From Marsupella aquatica (Eukaryota; Plantae; Marchantiophyta): a DNA stretch of 64,000 bases. Shown here one piece after another: positions 25,401 through 36,666 of this stretch. The stretch's first letter is position 1. Every line of letters starts with the position of its first letter. A model generated the notes under the pieces. That model did no database searches. It was not told the origin of the DNA and was given only the letters and a program-made list of their open reading frames with translations. A program made the translations under genes and the position numbers. Location of the stretch: assembly GCA_973895155.1 (NCBI GenBank), contig OZ316894.1:13759580-13823579 (forward strand), written 5' to 3'.

Positions 25401-26282
25401 CCGGAATCTTGTCGAACTCCGCTTGAGTAAGCTGCTGGTTGCCCTTCAGCTTAAAGAACTTCGCTGGAACCTCAAGAATCGCCTCAGCTACCGATCTAAG
25501 CCCTTCCTTGCTGAGATATAGTTCGGTGATGTAGTCTCGCAGCTCGTTGTAGCTGGAATCCCTGGTGATGGCTGTCCTTTCGCAATTAACCAGTGCTACC
25601 TTGGTCACCAGCCTCGCGTATCTTCGTTCGTAAGCGGCTTTCTCGGGGCAAGAGTACCAGTAAGTCTCAGAGAACTTAGCACCTACCTCGCCAAATAAGG
25701 TCCAAAATCCCAAGGCTATGAGGGTCATACTAACCTCGTAGTCCGGTTCGTTGAGTCCGCGTTCCCACCCGGCTGGTCCTCTATCTCGTGGAGGCCTCGC
25801 TCATCCTGACTAAATCTCGCCACATTCCGCTCTTCTCCCTCGATAATCTCCTTGTAAAGGTCGACTCGATTCGATCAGCAGGGCGAGTGGGTGGCAACGT
25901 CCACGAATTCAAAGAAAGGTAGACATGAGCAAATGGCCCGCAGCGCCATCGGCTCCTCTCTTATGGAGGTGCCAGGATGAGCCCGAGCGTGAGAAGGCCA
26001 GGGCGTTTTGGGCATTGATAGCGAGCTGAAGTCGGCGCCTCGGTCCAAGCGTGATTCTTCTAACTGATTTTTACTCCGCTGCCGCCACCGTACCTCGGTT
26101 GCGCGTAATAATCCCCTTCCTTAACTCGTAATGATTCGATCATCTTAACCTACTCCTAATCTAATCATAATGGCAACAGACGGCTATACGTGCTATTCTA
26201 CACTATGGCTACGGTTCTAATGACCATATAAGTCCTAATCTACGACCTGGGTTCGGTCAAGTAACACGTTACCCGTGTCACA
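22434..26282 (-). repeat. 5' LTR of element 2 (3.85 kb)
   Basis: Bounded by the TSD-adjacent CA at 26282 and by TGTCGCG at 22434, which matches the element end at 15058. PBS is adjacent. Confidence 0.82.
23415..25728 (-). pseudogene. LTR-encoded accessory ORF of about 770 aa (plant-retroelement accessory-ORF-like domain, Pro-rich linker, coiled coil)
   Basis: ORFs 24826-25728, 24556-24813 and 23415-24500 join through two in-frame stops and one frameshift that is absent in the 3' LTR copy (HIAIILAWYKARR). Motifs EICEFISNF...TKVSG...IFCLP and NWAQFFYQRF. Confidence 0.7.
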
Positions 26283-29200
26283 TAGAATTTCTTCCCAAAA
26301 CTTACAACGGCAATGTCATATTTGAGCTTCCGCCTGTCGATTGTGTGGGTTCAAGGGGAAGCGTCTCCTTAACATGGACCGTTCGAAGGATTGCTATCTC
26401 TGGACTCGAATTCTTCCTACTTCTGCGAATGTTTTGCCGAAGAAGATGCGGGAGTTTGGTAAAGTCAGCTGTAGCGGATCACTTGAATGCCGAAACAAAT
26501 CATGCGAGTTTTATACCAGAACAAATGGTAGGAATTGTAGCTCCTGGGAAGGGACCCCCAAGTTGGGAGGCCAACATTGTCCAGGAAAGTTGATTGATTC
26601 AGGAGGGATTGTTTGTCGATATTGTCTTCAACTTCCGTTCTGTTTGGACTCCTGTTCCGCAAAAATGTTTTACATGTACCCACAAGTTCTCCTGGATTTG
26701 GCGACAACGCAGCATATGTTACGCCTTGCAGTGCATATGGGTGTCCATAACCATCCGTGTCAAAAGGTCTGGTCGAGAAGTTTGGAGATGATAGCTGTCG
26801 AAGAGATTCGGAAAGAGCATTTGAAGAATCCTTCTTCCTCGCCTAGTGTTTTGAAAAATGCAATCACTGGATCTCTTAAGGATGCACTAGATGAATCTAT
26901 CGATGACATCTCGAAGATGGAAGAGAGTGAGATTTGGCAATCACTTATGCTTGTTTCGACTCCACAGAAGTTCTCTGCCTTGTTTAAGAGTGTCCGGAAA
27001 GATCAGGCCGGGCGAGGAGACCTTGAATATCTGGTTCGGATGCAGAAGAATGTCAGGTTCCCTTTTGTTCAAAGGTATCTCCTTCCAGGGCAAGGCTCTA
27101 AGGAGGACCAAGCTCATATTTTCAAAATGACGATCAAAGGGCATGGATCCGAAGTAGATTTGTTGCGACAGATGAAAAAGGGTGGACCCCTCGAAGGTGC
27201 GTGGGTGAGTTTTGATGTCATGAAACGAATGTCGAAAGATTGGAGTACTTTTAGCGCCCATGTTTATGACCATAACTATCGAGCTTTATGTACAATATTT
27301 ACGTGTGAGCTGAAAGCGGAGGACACTGAATCTCTCGAGAAAGCATGGAGATTAATGATCGAGGTCGCTTTAGAAAATGGGGTAGATGATGTTCAAATTC
27401 ATGGATTCATGGCTGATAATGCTCAGTCGGGGTGGCGTGCAGTTAGAAACGTTTTCTTTGGGGGCCATCCAAATCCGGAGAAAGAGAGATCGGATGCTTT
27501 TCATTTTTACCAATCTTTGCACCGCCATTCTATCGAAGGAGTGCTTGAAGACAAACGTTCTGAGCATTGCCTCCTCTGGGATAAGCTCATAAATGCATCA
27601 ACCTTTGTCGAAGCTTATAGGATTTCCCGAGAAATTGATTTGTGGTGGAGATCTGGAAATTGCATTCCCGGGAAGCTTCGGATGCTGCATGGATGGATCT
27701 CTTGGTGGGTTGTAAGATGGCGGCAGTGGGGAAATTTTATTCGACTTGTAAGTACCACCATTTTTTCACTTACTGAATAGACACTTCCATACTAGCGCCT
27801 GGCGCTATTATTAACACCTTCTTTTTCTTGATGATCTCAGCGTTTTGGTTAGCGCCTGGCGCTACCTTTAATTCATACATATTGTTGAAGAATATCAACA
27901 TAACTTCCAAATGTAGATTTTGAGATTTGACGAACTCTGGCCGTCCTACAGAGCAAAAGTGCACAAGAAGGAGGGATGATTCCTAATTGCACTGGATCTG
28001 AGGCAGTTCATGGTATCATGAAAGCTTGGCAAGGGAAGAAAACTGTCGGATTATTCGAGGGTTGTAAAATTGACCACAATCGTGCAATCTCTCAAATTGC
28101 TGCTTATACTGCCTATCGGGATGGGTTACATAGAGGAACAGGTCCTACGGTATTTGAACTAGCTTTCCGTTCAGTAGACCTGGCTGGATCCCCTTGATTG
28201 TTCGAAGAGGCTTCTAATTTGCCACTAGCTAATGCGGCAGAATTTGATTTGGAAAGAAGTACTCCATTGAACGGTGATTTTGTAACCAAATCTGTCAAAA
28301 GAAAAGGTCCAGCGACAGGGAATGTCTCGGCACAAGACTCCCATCGTCATGACACCATTCTGATAACAACACCGAATACACGGGGTATGAAACAGAGAAA
28401 TCTGAACTCGACTCAGTTTTCTCATATTCCACCAAGTGTTCCTGAGACACCAATCGATTTGACTGGGAGTGAGGGCCCGAGTGACATGCCGGACGCATCT
28501 GCTTCTGGTCCAGGTGTAGAATCTTCCTTATTACCAGAAGTCTCTTTGGACCAAATTCCAGTCCTCCCTGACACGTCGCTTTTGGAGTTGGACGTTGAAC
28601 CTAGGTCTTGGCATCTTCATCGAATTTCAAGACTTGGGCCTGGTCCTCAATGTAACGGGACATTGTCAAGTAGATGCGATCGTGATGAGTGTCGAAACCG
28701 GATTAAGAAGGTTGGATATCCTTCTAATGCTGGTGTGATCAGAATTGTTGCGAAGGGACATCGCCTGTTCAGGAGTGAACCTCATGCCGAGTTCGTGTGG
28801 TTTTGCCCCAATCACAGTTGTTGGAAAAGCCGCCCACGTCGAGGCATTGCTAACCTGCCTCCTTATCCAGTTTCCTTGCCAGTACTAAAAGGAACACATT
28901 TGTTAAACTTGGAGTTACGTTTCCTGGAAGAACAGGGTGTTGCAATCTCCAGACAACACCACCAAAGCATGTCTGCCAACCCTACGCCTTTTGACTTGAG
29001 AATCAATATTGATGTTTTTCCTGAGAAGATCAATATGGCACAAATCAACATCCGTGTTCGAACTAGGAATGGGCGCCCAATGAACCCCAGATCAAATCTT
29101 ACTCAGGAATACCATAGAAGGATCGAATTTGCTGCGAAGGAAACAATGACTCTTATCACAGAATTGGATGTTTCCTCGGGGAACTCATATGGGAAACGAT

Positions 29201-29813
29201 TACTCATCCAAACATACGCTCATCTAAGGACGGCAAACACTTATTGGGTGCAGATTTGCGTATTCCCTTGTTGCTCTTGTGAGGACTTCTTTCGCCAGCA
29301 TTCTCGAGGAAGACCTTTCATGCCTTGTAAACATTTGTACTGGGTTTACAAAACAATCTTCAAGCTTGATCCGTTGGATTTGGTCTTACCAAGCCAGCCA
29401 ATTTTGACTGTTGGAGAACTCCAGTACATCATAGGAAGGAGGAATTCGCATGGTTTAGAGTAATTCTTAGCAGTCTACTAGACGTTGAACGGGAAGTTTT
29501 GGGTTGCCATTTTTAACGGTAACAAACATTTTGTTAGCGCTCGGCGCTAGTAAAAGGCGGGCATTTTGGAATGTTGTTTTATCTGGCAACAAGTATTTGG
29601 GTAGCGCTCGGCGCTAGTAAAAGGGACTTCCAATATTGTTGTATTCAGCCCTAAAAATATTGGAGTTCCGATTGAACTTGCTCTCCTTTTTGTCCAGAAT
29701 TATGTCATGTTTTGTTGATGATAGTAGGTAATCTCCTGTTTTGTTGCACTCTTTTTCCTGTTATGAGCATTACTGTTTCCTGTTTCCTGTCAGGAGGTTG
29801 GGCCCGCCAATCC

Positions 29814-30069
29814 CAAGAATACACAAACTCTACTCACATCAGTAGAATGGAGAATTTGTGTAATAGCCTCCACCTTAGTTTGCTGCACACCCAATCCCCA
29901 TGGGTAGATAGTGTGGCCCAAATATTCAATCTGGTCTTGGAAGAACTTACACTTGCCAGGATGGAGTTTCAACCCATGTTCTCTCAATCACTCCGACACA
30001 ATCTGCAAGTGCTGCTGATGTTCTTCCACAGTGGAAGAATAGACCAACATATCATCAATGTAACGTACA
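29814..30069 (-). pseudogene. Gypsy RT core of the outermost element
   Basis: YIDDMLVYSS at about 30033-30062, and LKLHPGKCKFFQDQIEYLGH...RVCVFLGLA continuing into 984. Confidence 0.9.
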
Positions 30070-30560
30070 TGTCACGCCGTAAGCTTTGTCCTTACACGGA
30101 TTTTAGCTTAAATGGGCATAATCTTCATTAGTTTTGAGGGGTTTGGGCAAGGAGGGATGTGCAAACTGAACCTTACTCCTGTAATCTAGCGCTAAGTGCA
30201 CCTAGTCCTACTTATAGAAATGTCATGGGTATAGTTTGTGTTCCGCCGCCAAAACACACCTTAAGTCGATAGTTGGATCGACCCTGGCATAAGGGCTTCT
30301 AAGCCTTTGTGCTGTCCGCCTCCGATCCGGATCCGATGATACGGGTATCCAACCCAGGCTCGCAACCACTATCCGCAACCGACACCCCGTGCACGGCTTG
30401 GACAATGCATTTGGCCAAGCATTCTCTACCCATATACGAGATTCATACATGCAACTGAACTCACACGCATACAATCTTGGTTTACACAAAAGAAATGGTG
30501 GGAAAAAACTTTACTTCAGAATCCGTCATACACACATACATGGTTGACTAGACATCTCTT
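30070..30560. repeat. LTR-like fragment resembling the end of the element-2 LTR
   Basis: Starts TGTCACGCCGT and contains GAGGGGTTTGGGCAAGGAGG, compared with TGTCGCGCCGCT...GAGGGTTCGGGCAAGGAGG at 22434. Interrupts the RT. Right boundary approximate. Confidence 0.5.
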
Positions 30561-30639
30561 GAGTAAACAAGCCATAATGAGGGGGCTGATTGGGGAAAAA
30601 AAGTTTGGAGGGGGCTGATCAAGTAAAATTTCTCCTAGA

Positions 30640-31154
30640 GGGGGTCTATTGAGCATATCCCTCTGATGATCACCCAAGAGTGGCACATTCTCCAAAATGT
30701 AGGTTGGAGATTGTGTCTAATGCAGCTGGAAATGACCTCGGAAATGACACAACACTTGTAACATCTCCCAAAACAGTGTTGATCGTGGATCATGAAGTCC
30801 ATGTCCAACTTTAGCTCTAGATTGGCAACCAACAATCACAAAATCAATGGGGCCAACACAATCCAAATAATCCACCCCCAATGATGAAATATCAGCAAAC
30901 AATGCATGCTGATAGCCGTGAATGGCATCCACTGGTAACAGGTGTGGAAAACGATCCACCAACAATGCGACATGATGCAATGAGACTCTCCGTGTTGTCT
31001 TATCTATCTCCACATACAAGTAATGACGCACTGAAATTCCTGCCTGAAGAACAACCAATCCTATGCTAAACCCACCAAATAAATCCAACAAACAAATACC
31101 CTCTGATGGATACTGCCATGCAATAGGGGTGGTATCCAAAGGTGAAAGAGTCAT
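30640..31154 (-). pseudogene. C5 cytosine DNA methyltransferase domain (degenerate, truncated) within a Gypsy polyprotein
   Basis: Ordered motifs I LLDLFGG, II YVEID, III ADIS, IV IDFVIVG-CQSRA (damaged GxPCQ), V GLHDPRSTLF and VI YILENVP (30684-30692, in another frame). Confidence 0.8.
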
Positions 31155-31559
31155 CAGTCCACCTGTAGGAGGCTGCTATGCTCCTAGCTATGGTGTAAAA
31201 GCATGACACCATGCATCATGTATCAATCGTGTTGTTGTTTGTGGCAAGGCTTGGCTAGTGCCCCACACTGGTGGCATAACACTACCCATAGGTAACCCAT
31301 GCATGACTTGCTCCTCATGTGACTCCCTCACTACCAGAACATCTACAGCATGTGCATTATCTTCAATCAAATCATCAAGATCAATGATCACACCATTGAA
31401 TGCTGCCAAAGGCAATGATGAGGTTTAGCGCCTCCCATAGGTTCACTAAATTGCACTGGCAATCTGCTCAATCTAGCATCTCTTGATTGCCAATCAAGTT
31501 GGTATGAAACTAATTCATCCCACAAATCAAGAATAAATCCCATGGGGTACAATACTATA

Positions 31560-31830
31560 TATCCCACCAACACATCATAGGACTCTTCCTTAGTTAGATT
31601 AGCTCACGCCTGTATGTGGGAGCTATCCTTTGCATGACCCTCCTAAATTCTTAAGTCAAGTGGTCATCTGGTGATGTGCTATGTGGGTGTAGGTCCCCCC
31701 AATGAAGTCTGAATTGGAAAGGGACACTCCTCCAAATCATTTGGACGCAATCCCAATCCTCGTATTGCAAACTTACCCAACATCAAGGGTTGGGCATCAG
31801 TATCCAGTAACATTTTTATGGCTGGTATAC
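31560..31830 (-). pseudogene. Retroviral-type aspartic protease relic upstream of the DNMT domain
   Basis: MLLDTDAQPLMLGK at about 31775-31813, and YDVLVGYIVLYPMG matching the protease C-terminal D.l.G motif. Confidence 0.6.
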
Positions 31831-33367
31831 TTGTAGTATTACACTAAGGACATAAATCAACATTTAAGGTCCAAAACTTGGTTTTTGTTCCCATGGAAGA
31901 ACAAGTAAGGAATGGTTTTCTATCATTTAACACTTATGAATGACTAAGGTAATAAAAACACAGGTTTGAGCCTTTTACTATGTTTGCTCAGCAAAACATA
32001 GATATGAATGTTTGCTTAACATTGTAAATAAAAATAATAAAATGGAGTATTGATGAAGTATCTTCTCATCCATACTTCATTTGATGTGATTTAGGTGGTA
32101 TATCCATAAAAACATTTATGGAAAGGATTACAGTACTAGGATGATTATTGAAATGTTGTCAACATGTCTCAACTTTTCATTCCAAAGGTACTCAAAAGAA
32201 ACTAGTAATCAATCACTTCTGCATCCAATTGGTACTCTGTGTCACGAATAAGGAGCATCATCATTATCAAATTGAAATCATAAATCATTGGTAAGTAGTC
32301 CTTCTTAGCTTCCCGTGCTCATGCAAGCAAGGTCACGCCAACAACTACGCATCAAGAACTCAAGAAGACGGTTGTCACCACTTAAGGAATTTATTCTCTC
32401 ATATTTTCTGAGATTAAACTTCGTACAAATAATTTTACTTCAATGATCTAAACTCTCAATCATTCAGACCAAAGAAGGGAGAAGAACTCCTTCTGCATTT
32501 GCAAGCTCCATACAAAAATACACAAAAGCTTTACTTTGCAAAGGTGATTCCAGTGTTGCAACACATGCCATAGGCATTTACTTTATTTTTTCACACTTGA
32601 AAATGATATAAATATTACTATATATAGGCCAGCAAGAGCCCAAGGAAACTGAGATACTGAAAGGACATGCCCTTTCATATTTGAAGGGTCTTGAATAAAA
32701 CTTAAAGACAATCATCCTTGAAAAGTGGAAAAATAGAAAAATGTTGAAAACGGACATTGCTGAGAGCGTTGGAATGGAGTGGACGCTTCTCAAGGCGTCA
32801 ATGTTTGGGGCGAACGCTTTTCAAAGCGTCGGGGTTTTTGGTCAAACTAATAAACAACAACTTTTTCACAATTTTAATTTCTAAACTAAAAGTCAGAATG
32901 AGATGAAACTTTTCTAGGGTACTCTAATATGTATAATCTTTATGCTGGCAAAGTTTAGAGGGATGATTCTACTTCACAATGACTACCTCCTGAAAAAGTT
33001 TAAAATTTTTCTGATTGGGATAATTATTTAACTAAAATAGCAAAGATCGGCTGATCTTGATAATTGCACACATAGCTCATTCTTGCTGAAGAAGTGCTTT
33101 GGAGTTCGGTTCTTGAATCTTCTAGTCTGCATTGTTTCTCCAATGACGCCCATTATTTCTTTTTGCATGGTAGCATACAAAAAGCAAGGATTTATATTAA
33201 TTGTCGATCCTTGTCCAATACAGACAATAACCTTTGATGAAGCTTAGCATTAGGTAAAGTGTTTAGTTGATCTAAATTGTTACAAAAGGTACGTAACTAT
33301 ATTGCACCTTTGAGTTAAAAAGTTCAAAGTTTATAAAATTTCTATCATTTCTAACTAATGTACTGCA

Positions 33368-34511
33368 TTACAATACTACTCCAGTAGGCTCAACTAATCG
33401 GAAGATACCACTTCGATTATCCAATGACACAACGTTAGGTTTAAACCTAGTCCTTTCAAATGCAAGGCATTTTGGCAAATCCATCAACTTTGCCGCTACT
33501 GCATGCCATGTCTCACTAGTAGCAGCAGGTGGTGTCAACTCTACTACTCCAAAATTGCATGTTGTCTCTACATGAGAAGCCAAAATTGGAGTATCCTTGT
33601 ATAATGTGGTTGCCAATCTGATCACATCAGCTGGGCCAAATCCCAATGTCAGCATATTTGTTGTTGAAAATAATGGGGTGTGCACTATGATGGTAGTCGC
33701 CCCTAGCAAGGAACCTGTTATCCTTGCTGCAACATCATGTGATTCTGTCAACTTGCCCACACTAGGGTTCATCCGAATCGGGGTCATAGAGGCAATCGGA
33801 ATTGTCTCTAACAATGTCAAAGATTGAGGAAGCTTTATCTGACAATGTGCATCCCCCCTCTATGGATCTAGCTCCACTACTGCTCCTCAAGGCTCAAGAG
33901 CTTTGGCTGCTCTACATGTCAAAGTTGTTGATGCATCAATGTGTGCAGTGCCACACATGAATCTCATGGTGGCAAGATCCCCATCAGCCCCATAAGATAT
34001 GGAAGCTCCATAGGATCTGGAAGCCCATCACCAAAAGCAGGTCTCACTTGAGAACTAGCCATAGCAGCTAGTTGTTGCTTCAATTGAGCAATCTTAGCAT
34101 CTTTAGGATCTGTGGTCATAGTAGGAGCAACTTTACTTCCTTGCCTCCCTGCATGTTGCATACCATGGCCATGACGACCACCTCTACCTCCTCTTCCCTG
34201 ATCATGTGAGCGCTATCCTCCTCTCCGTAACTCAAGATGGAGTGAGAAATACCTATCCTTGGTGTGTCCAGAAGTTCCACAATGATCACACTATCGTTGA
34301 TCAGGTGCTGAGGCCCCTCCTGGCCCTCTATGATCAGGGCAATATCATTGCGCATGATCCCCATCATAGGTCTAACATCCTGATTGATGTTCAACATAGG
34401 AAGGCATAGGTCTCTAACTGGTAGATTCCTATGTAGTGGGCTTCTCCCTCTGGTTTTTATGTGCAATAGGCTGTGATGTGGGTGTAGATGCCTCAGGGAT
34501 TTCACTTCCAC
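33368..34511 (-). pseudogene. Degraded retroelement gag-like relic
   Basis: Low-complexity broken ORFs with a CDHCGTSGH-like knuckle near 34265-34290. No intact domain. Confidence 0.3.
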
Positions 34512-35293
34512 AAAAATGATATATCACGTGCGACCAAGTATAGGGCGAGGTATAGGGTCATTTTATTGGTTCGAAGGGAAGACTTAAGAATTTTCTGATA
34601 AGAACAATAGGGTCTTTTAAATCAAATTTTGGGACTTATAAGAACATTAGGGTCCTTATTATAACCAAAATTTTGGAATATTATGAGAATATTCCAACTT
34701 TATAGGGGTCAAAATAATTTTCCTGTTTCCTGGCACAGTGTAAAGTCTCCTAGCACTACATCAATTTTCTCTCGATTAGAAATAAATGCAACTCTTGGGG
34801 GGCACAAATATATGTGGAATGGCCTCTTTAAGTAAATTTAGGATCATTAGCCAATTTGCTTTGTTTTCAGACGACATCCAAAAATATGCTAGCAAAATGA
34901 TAGTGTTTTTAGCATCCAAGGTGGTGGCAAGCAGCAATATGCTAGGCAAGCATAAGTTCCATTTAATGCAATCATGGGCCTACAATGACAGAATGCTTCC
35001 TGATGCAAAAGGGCAAACAAATAGCATATCAAGATGACCATCAGTGCCCTATACTTTGCAAATCTTGTGTGATCCTGCTCAAGAATGTGATGGCAATGGG
35101 CTGGTATCAAATGGAATGATTTTGTCTTGTCTCCATCAAATCGTTGAGCAGCATGGGCTACATGGTATTTGATCTCCGGACTAACCCACGCTTGAGCAGA
35201 ATCTTGCAAGAAAGACACTTGGGTCTGCCTATTCTTCAAGAGAATGCTCGCAATAACGTCCACAATATTGTTGGCTAGTCTATCAGAATTTCT

Positions 35294-36666
35294 ATGCCTT
35301 TTGTTGTTGGTAATGCTCACCACGCTCACAAGTGTGTTGCAAAGCAGGTAATTGCTAGATTCAACATGGGGGATAATAAGCCTGTAAATACCCATTTGGC
35401 TCCACACTTCAAGTTGTCATTAGCTTTCTATCCTACGGATGAGATAAAGAAGGGGCTGATGTCAAAAGTTCCTTATGATAAGGTAGTGAGGAGTTTCATG
35501 TATTTGATGACTTGCATTAGACGATCTTGCTATGGCTATGGGCAAGGTGAGTAGGTACATGTCAAAATATAGGGAAAGTACACGGGGAAGCAATGAAGTG
35601 GATTATCCGGTACTTGGAGGGTACTATGGATCACGGTCTATTGTTTGATGCACATGCTGATAACGTTAGATCATTGATGGGTTGTGTATATGATGACTAT
35701 GCACAAGATCTGGACCAGAGGAGATCAACAACAGGGTATGTGTTCACACTTGGCGGTGGATGCATCATTTGGAGGTCTACTTTGCAAAAGTGTATTGCCC
35801 AGTCTACTACAAAAATGGAGTATGTTGCAGCAGCAGAAGCAATTTGGTTGGATAAACTAATCACTGAGATGAGATTGCCACAAGGGAATGTAAAGCTCCA
35901 TTGTGGTATATAGTCAATGCGCTCCACCTTGCTCTGAACCAAGTGATGGACAACAGAGTGAAGCACATTGACGTCATTTTATCAGGCAAGTAGTGTCTGA
36001 TAATATGTTTGAGCTAGTCAAGATTGAGGTAAACTCAACCCGACTAACACCTTTACCAAAGTGATTCCTTTGGAGAGTTTTTCTAGACACCGTGATGTTG
36101 CAGGTTTTGCAATTGCATCACAAATAGGGTTACTTAACATTTGTGTAGATACTGATTCATGCTCTTGTTCATTCCTTGTATAGGCTACAACTTAGTTTTG
36201 GTCTACTCTTGTTTAAAGAGGGAAAAACCGGTTTAGTTTTTCTTTTCCGGAACTTCCCGCTGAGCAATCATATTGGTTGCAGCCTTACCCGACCTTCCCT
36301 AGACCAGGTCAAGGGGGAGATTATTAGGATTTACTCTTAGGTCTAGAGTTACGATTGTACCGCAGTTAGGGCTAACCTTAGTTGCAGACTAGGTTAGATT
36401 AGTCATGTTGTACACATACTATACCCAAGCAATGTTTGCTTGGAAAGTGGGAACTCAGGCTCATTGTAACGGAGCCAGTTGAGAGATAGGGAGAGTTTGT
36501 GCTGTGGATGCTTGGTATGGTCGGTCGGCCTAGAGTGCAGTAAAGCTCTTTTGTGTTCCCGTGGACATAGCCTCATGTGGAGGTGAACCACATATATCTT
36601 TGTGTCGATACTTGTGCGTTGGATGGTTTATGGGCTTGCCGTTGCGATTGTCGTTTATGCTCAACA
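35294..36666 (+). mobile_element. Ty1/Copia relic: RT end and RNase H, PPT and 3' LTR
   Basis: MSKVPYDKVVRSFMYLM, MKWIIRYLEGT, DYAQDLDQRRSTTGYVF and AQSTTKMEYVA. PPT AAGGGGGAGA at 36311-36320. LTR at about 36322-36666 ending CAACA. Confidence 0.85.

Larger units (their letters stand above)
15058..26282 (-). mobile_element. Athila/Tat-like Ty3/Gypsy LTR retrotransposon with very long, ORF-containing LTRs
   Basis: TG...CA ends and a perfect 5-bp TSD TAGAA (15053-15057 and 26283-26287). 15058-17121 repeats 22434 to about 24498. gag/pol on the minus strand. Confidence 0.92.
14548..29463 (+). pseudogene. MULE-type transposase (GCM/WRKY-like Zn region, DDE core, C-terminal SWIM), interrupted by LTR element 2
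   Basis: Segments 14548-15057, 26288-27747 and 27952-29463 (intron 27748-27951, GT-AG, in frame). Removing the insert restores EQVE|FLPKTYNGNVIFELPP. Motifs CSGSLECRNKSC...HMGVHNHP, WVSFDVMK (D), FMADNAQ (D), RSDAFH, NCTGSEAVH (E), and SWIM CSCEDF...PCKHLY. Frameshift near 26340 and a stop at 28195. Confidence 0.85.
985..29805 (+). mobile_element. Mutator-like (MULE) DNA transposon, about 10.4 kb without nested inserts, with ParB-methyltransferase cargo gene
   Basis: 8-bp TSD GCCAATCC at 977-984 and 29806-29813, splitting a Gypsy RT frame. Ends GAGG.../...CCC. Subterminal inverted repeat TGACAGGAAACA(A/G)GAAACAGTA at about 999-1020 and 29771-29792. Contains a MULE-type DDE and SWIM transposase. 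Confidence 0.85.

Noticed and set aside
985-29805. Zisupton/KDZ or hAT classification based on the 8-bp TSD
   Set aside because: The transposase motifs (FMAD..A, xxFH, N..E..H, SWIM) fit the Mutator family better. A profile search is still needed to confirm.
30575-30635. MULE/MITE-like TIR fragment (GAGGGGGCTGAT twice)
   Set aside because: No partner end or TSD found, so no element can be defined.
31830-33360. AT-rich region with possible DNA-transposon relics
   Set aside because: Too degraded; no motif, TIR or TSD could be supported.
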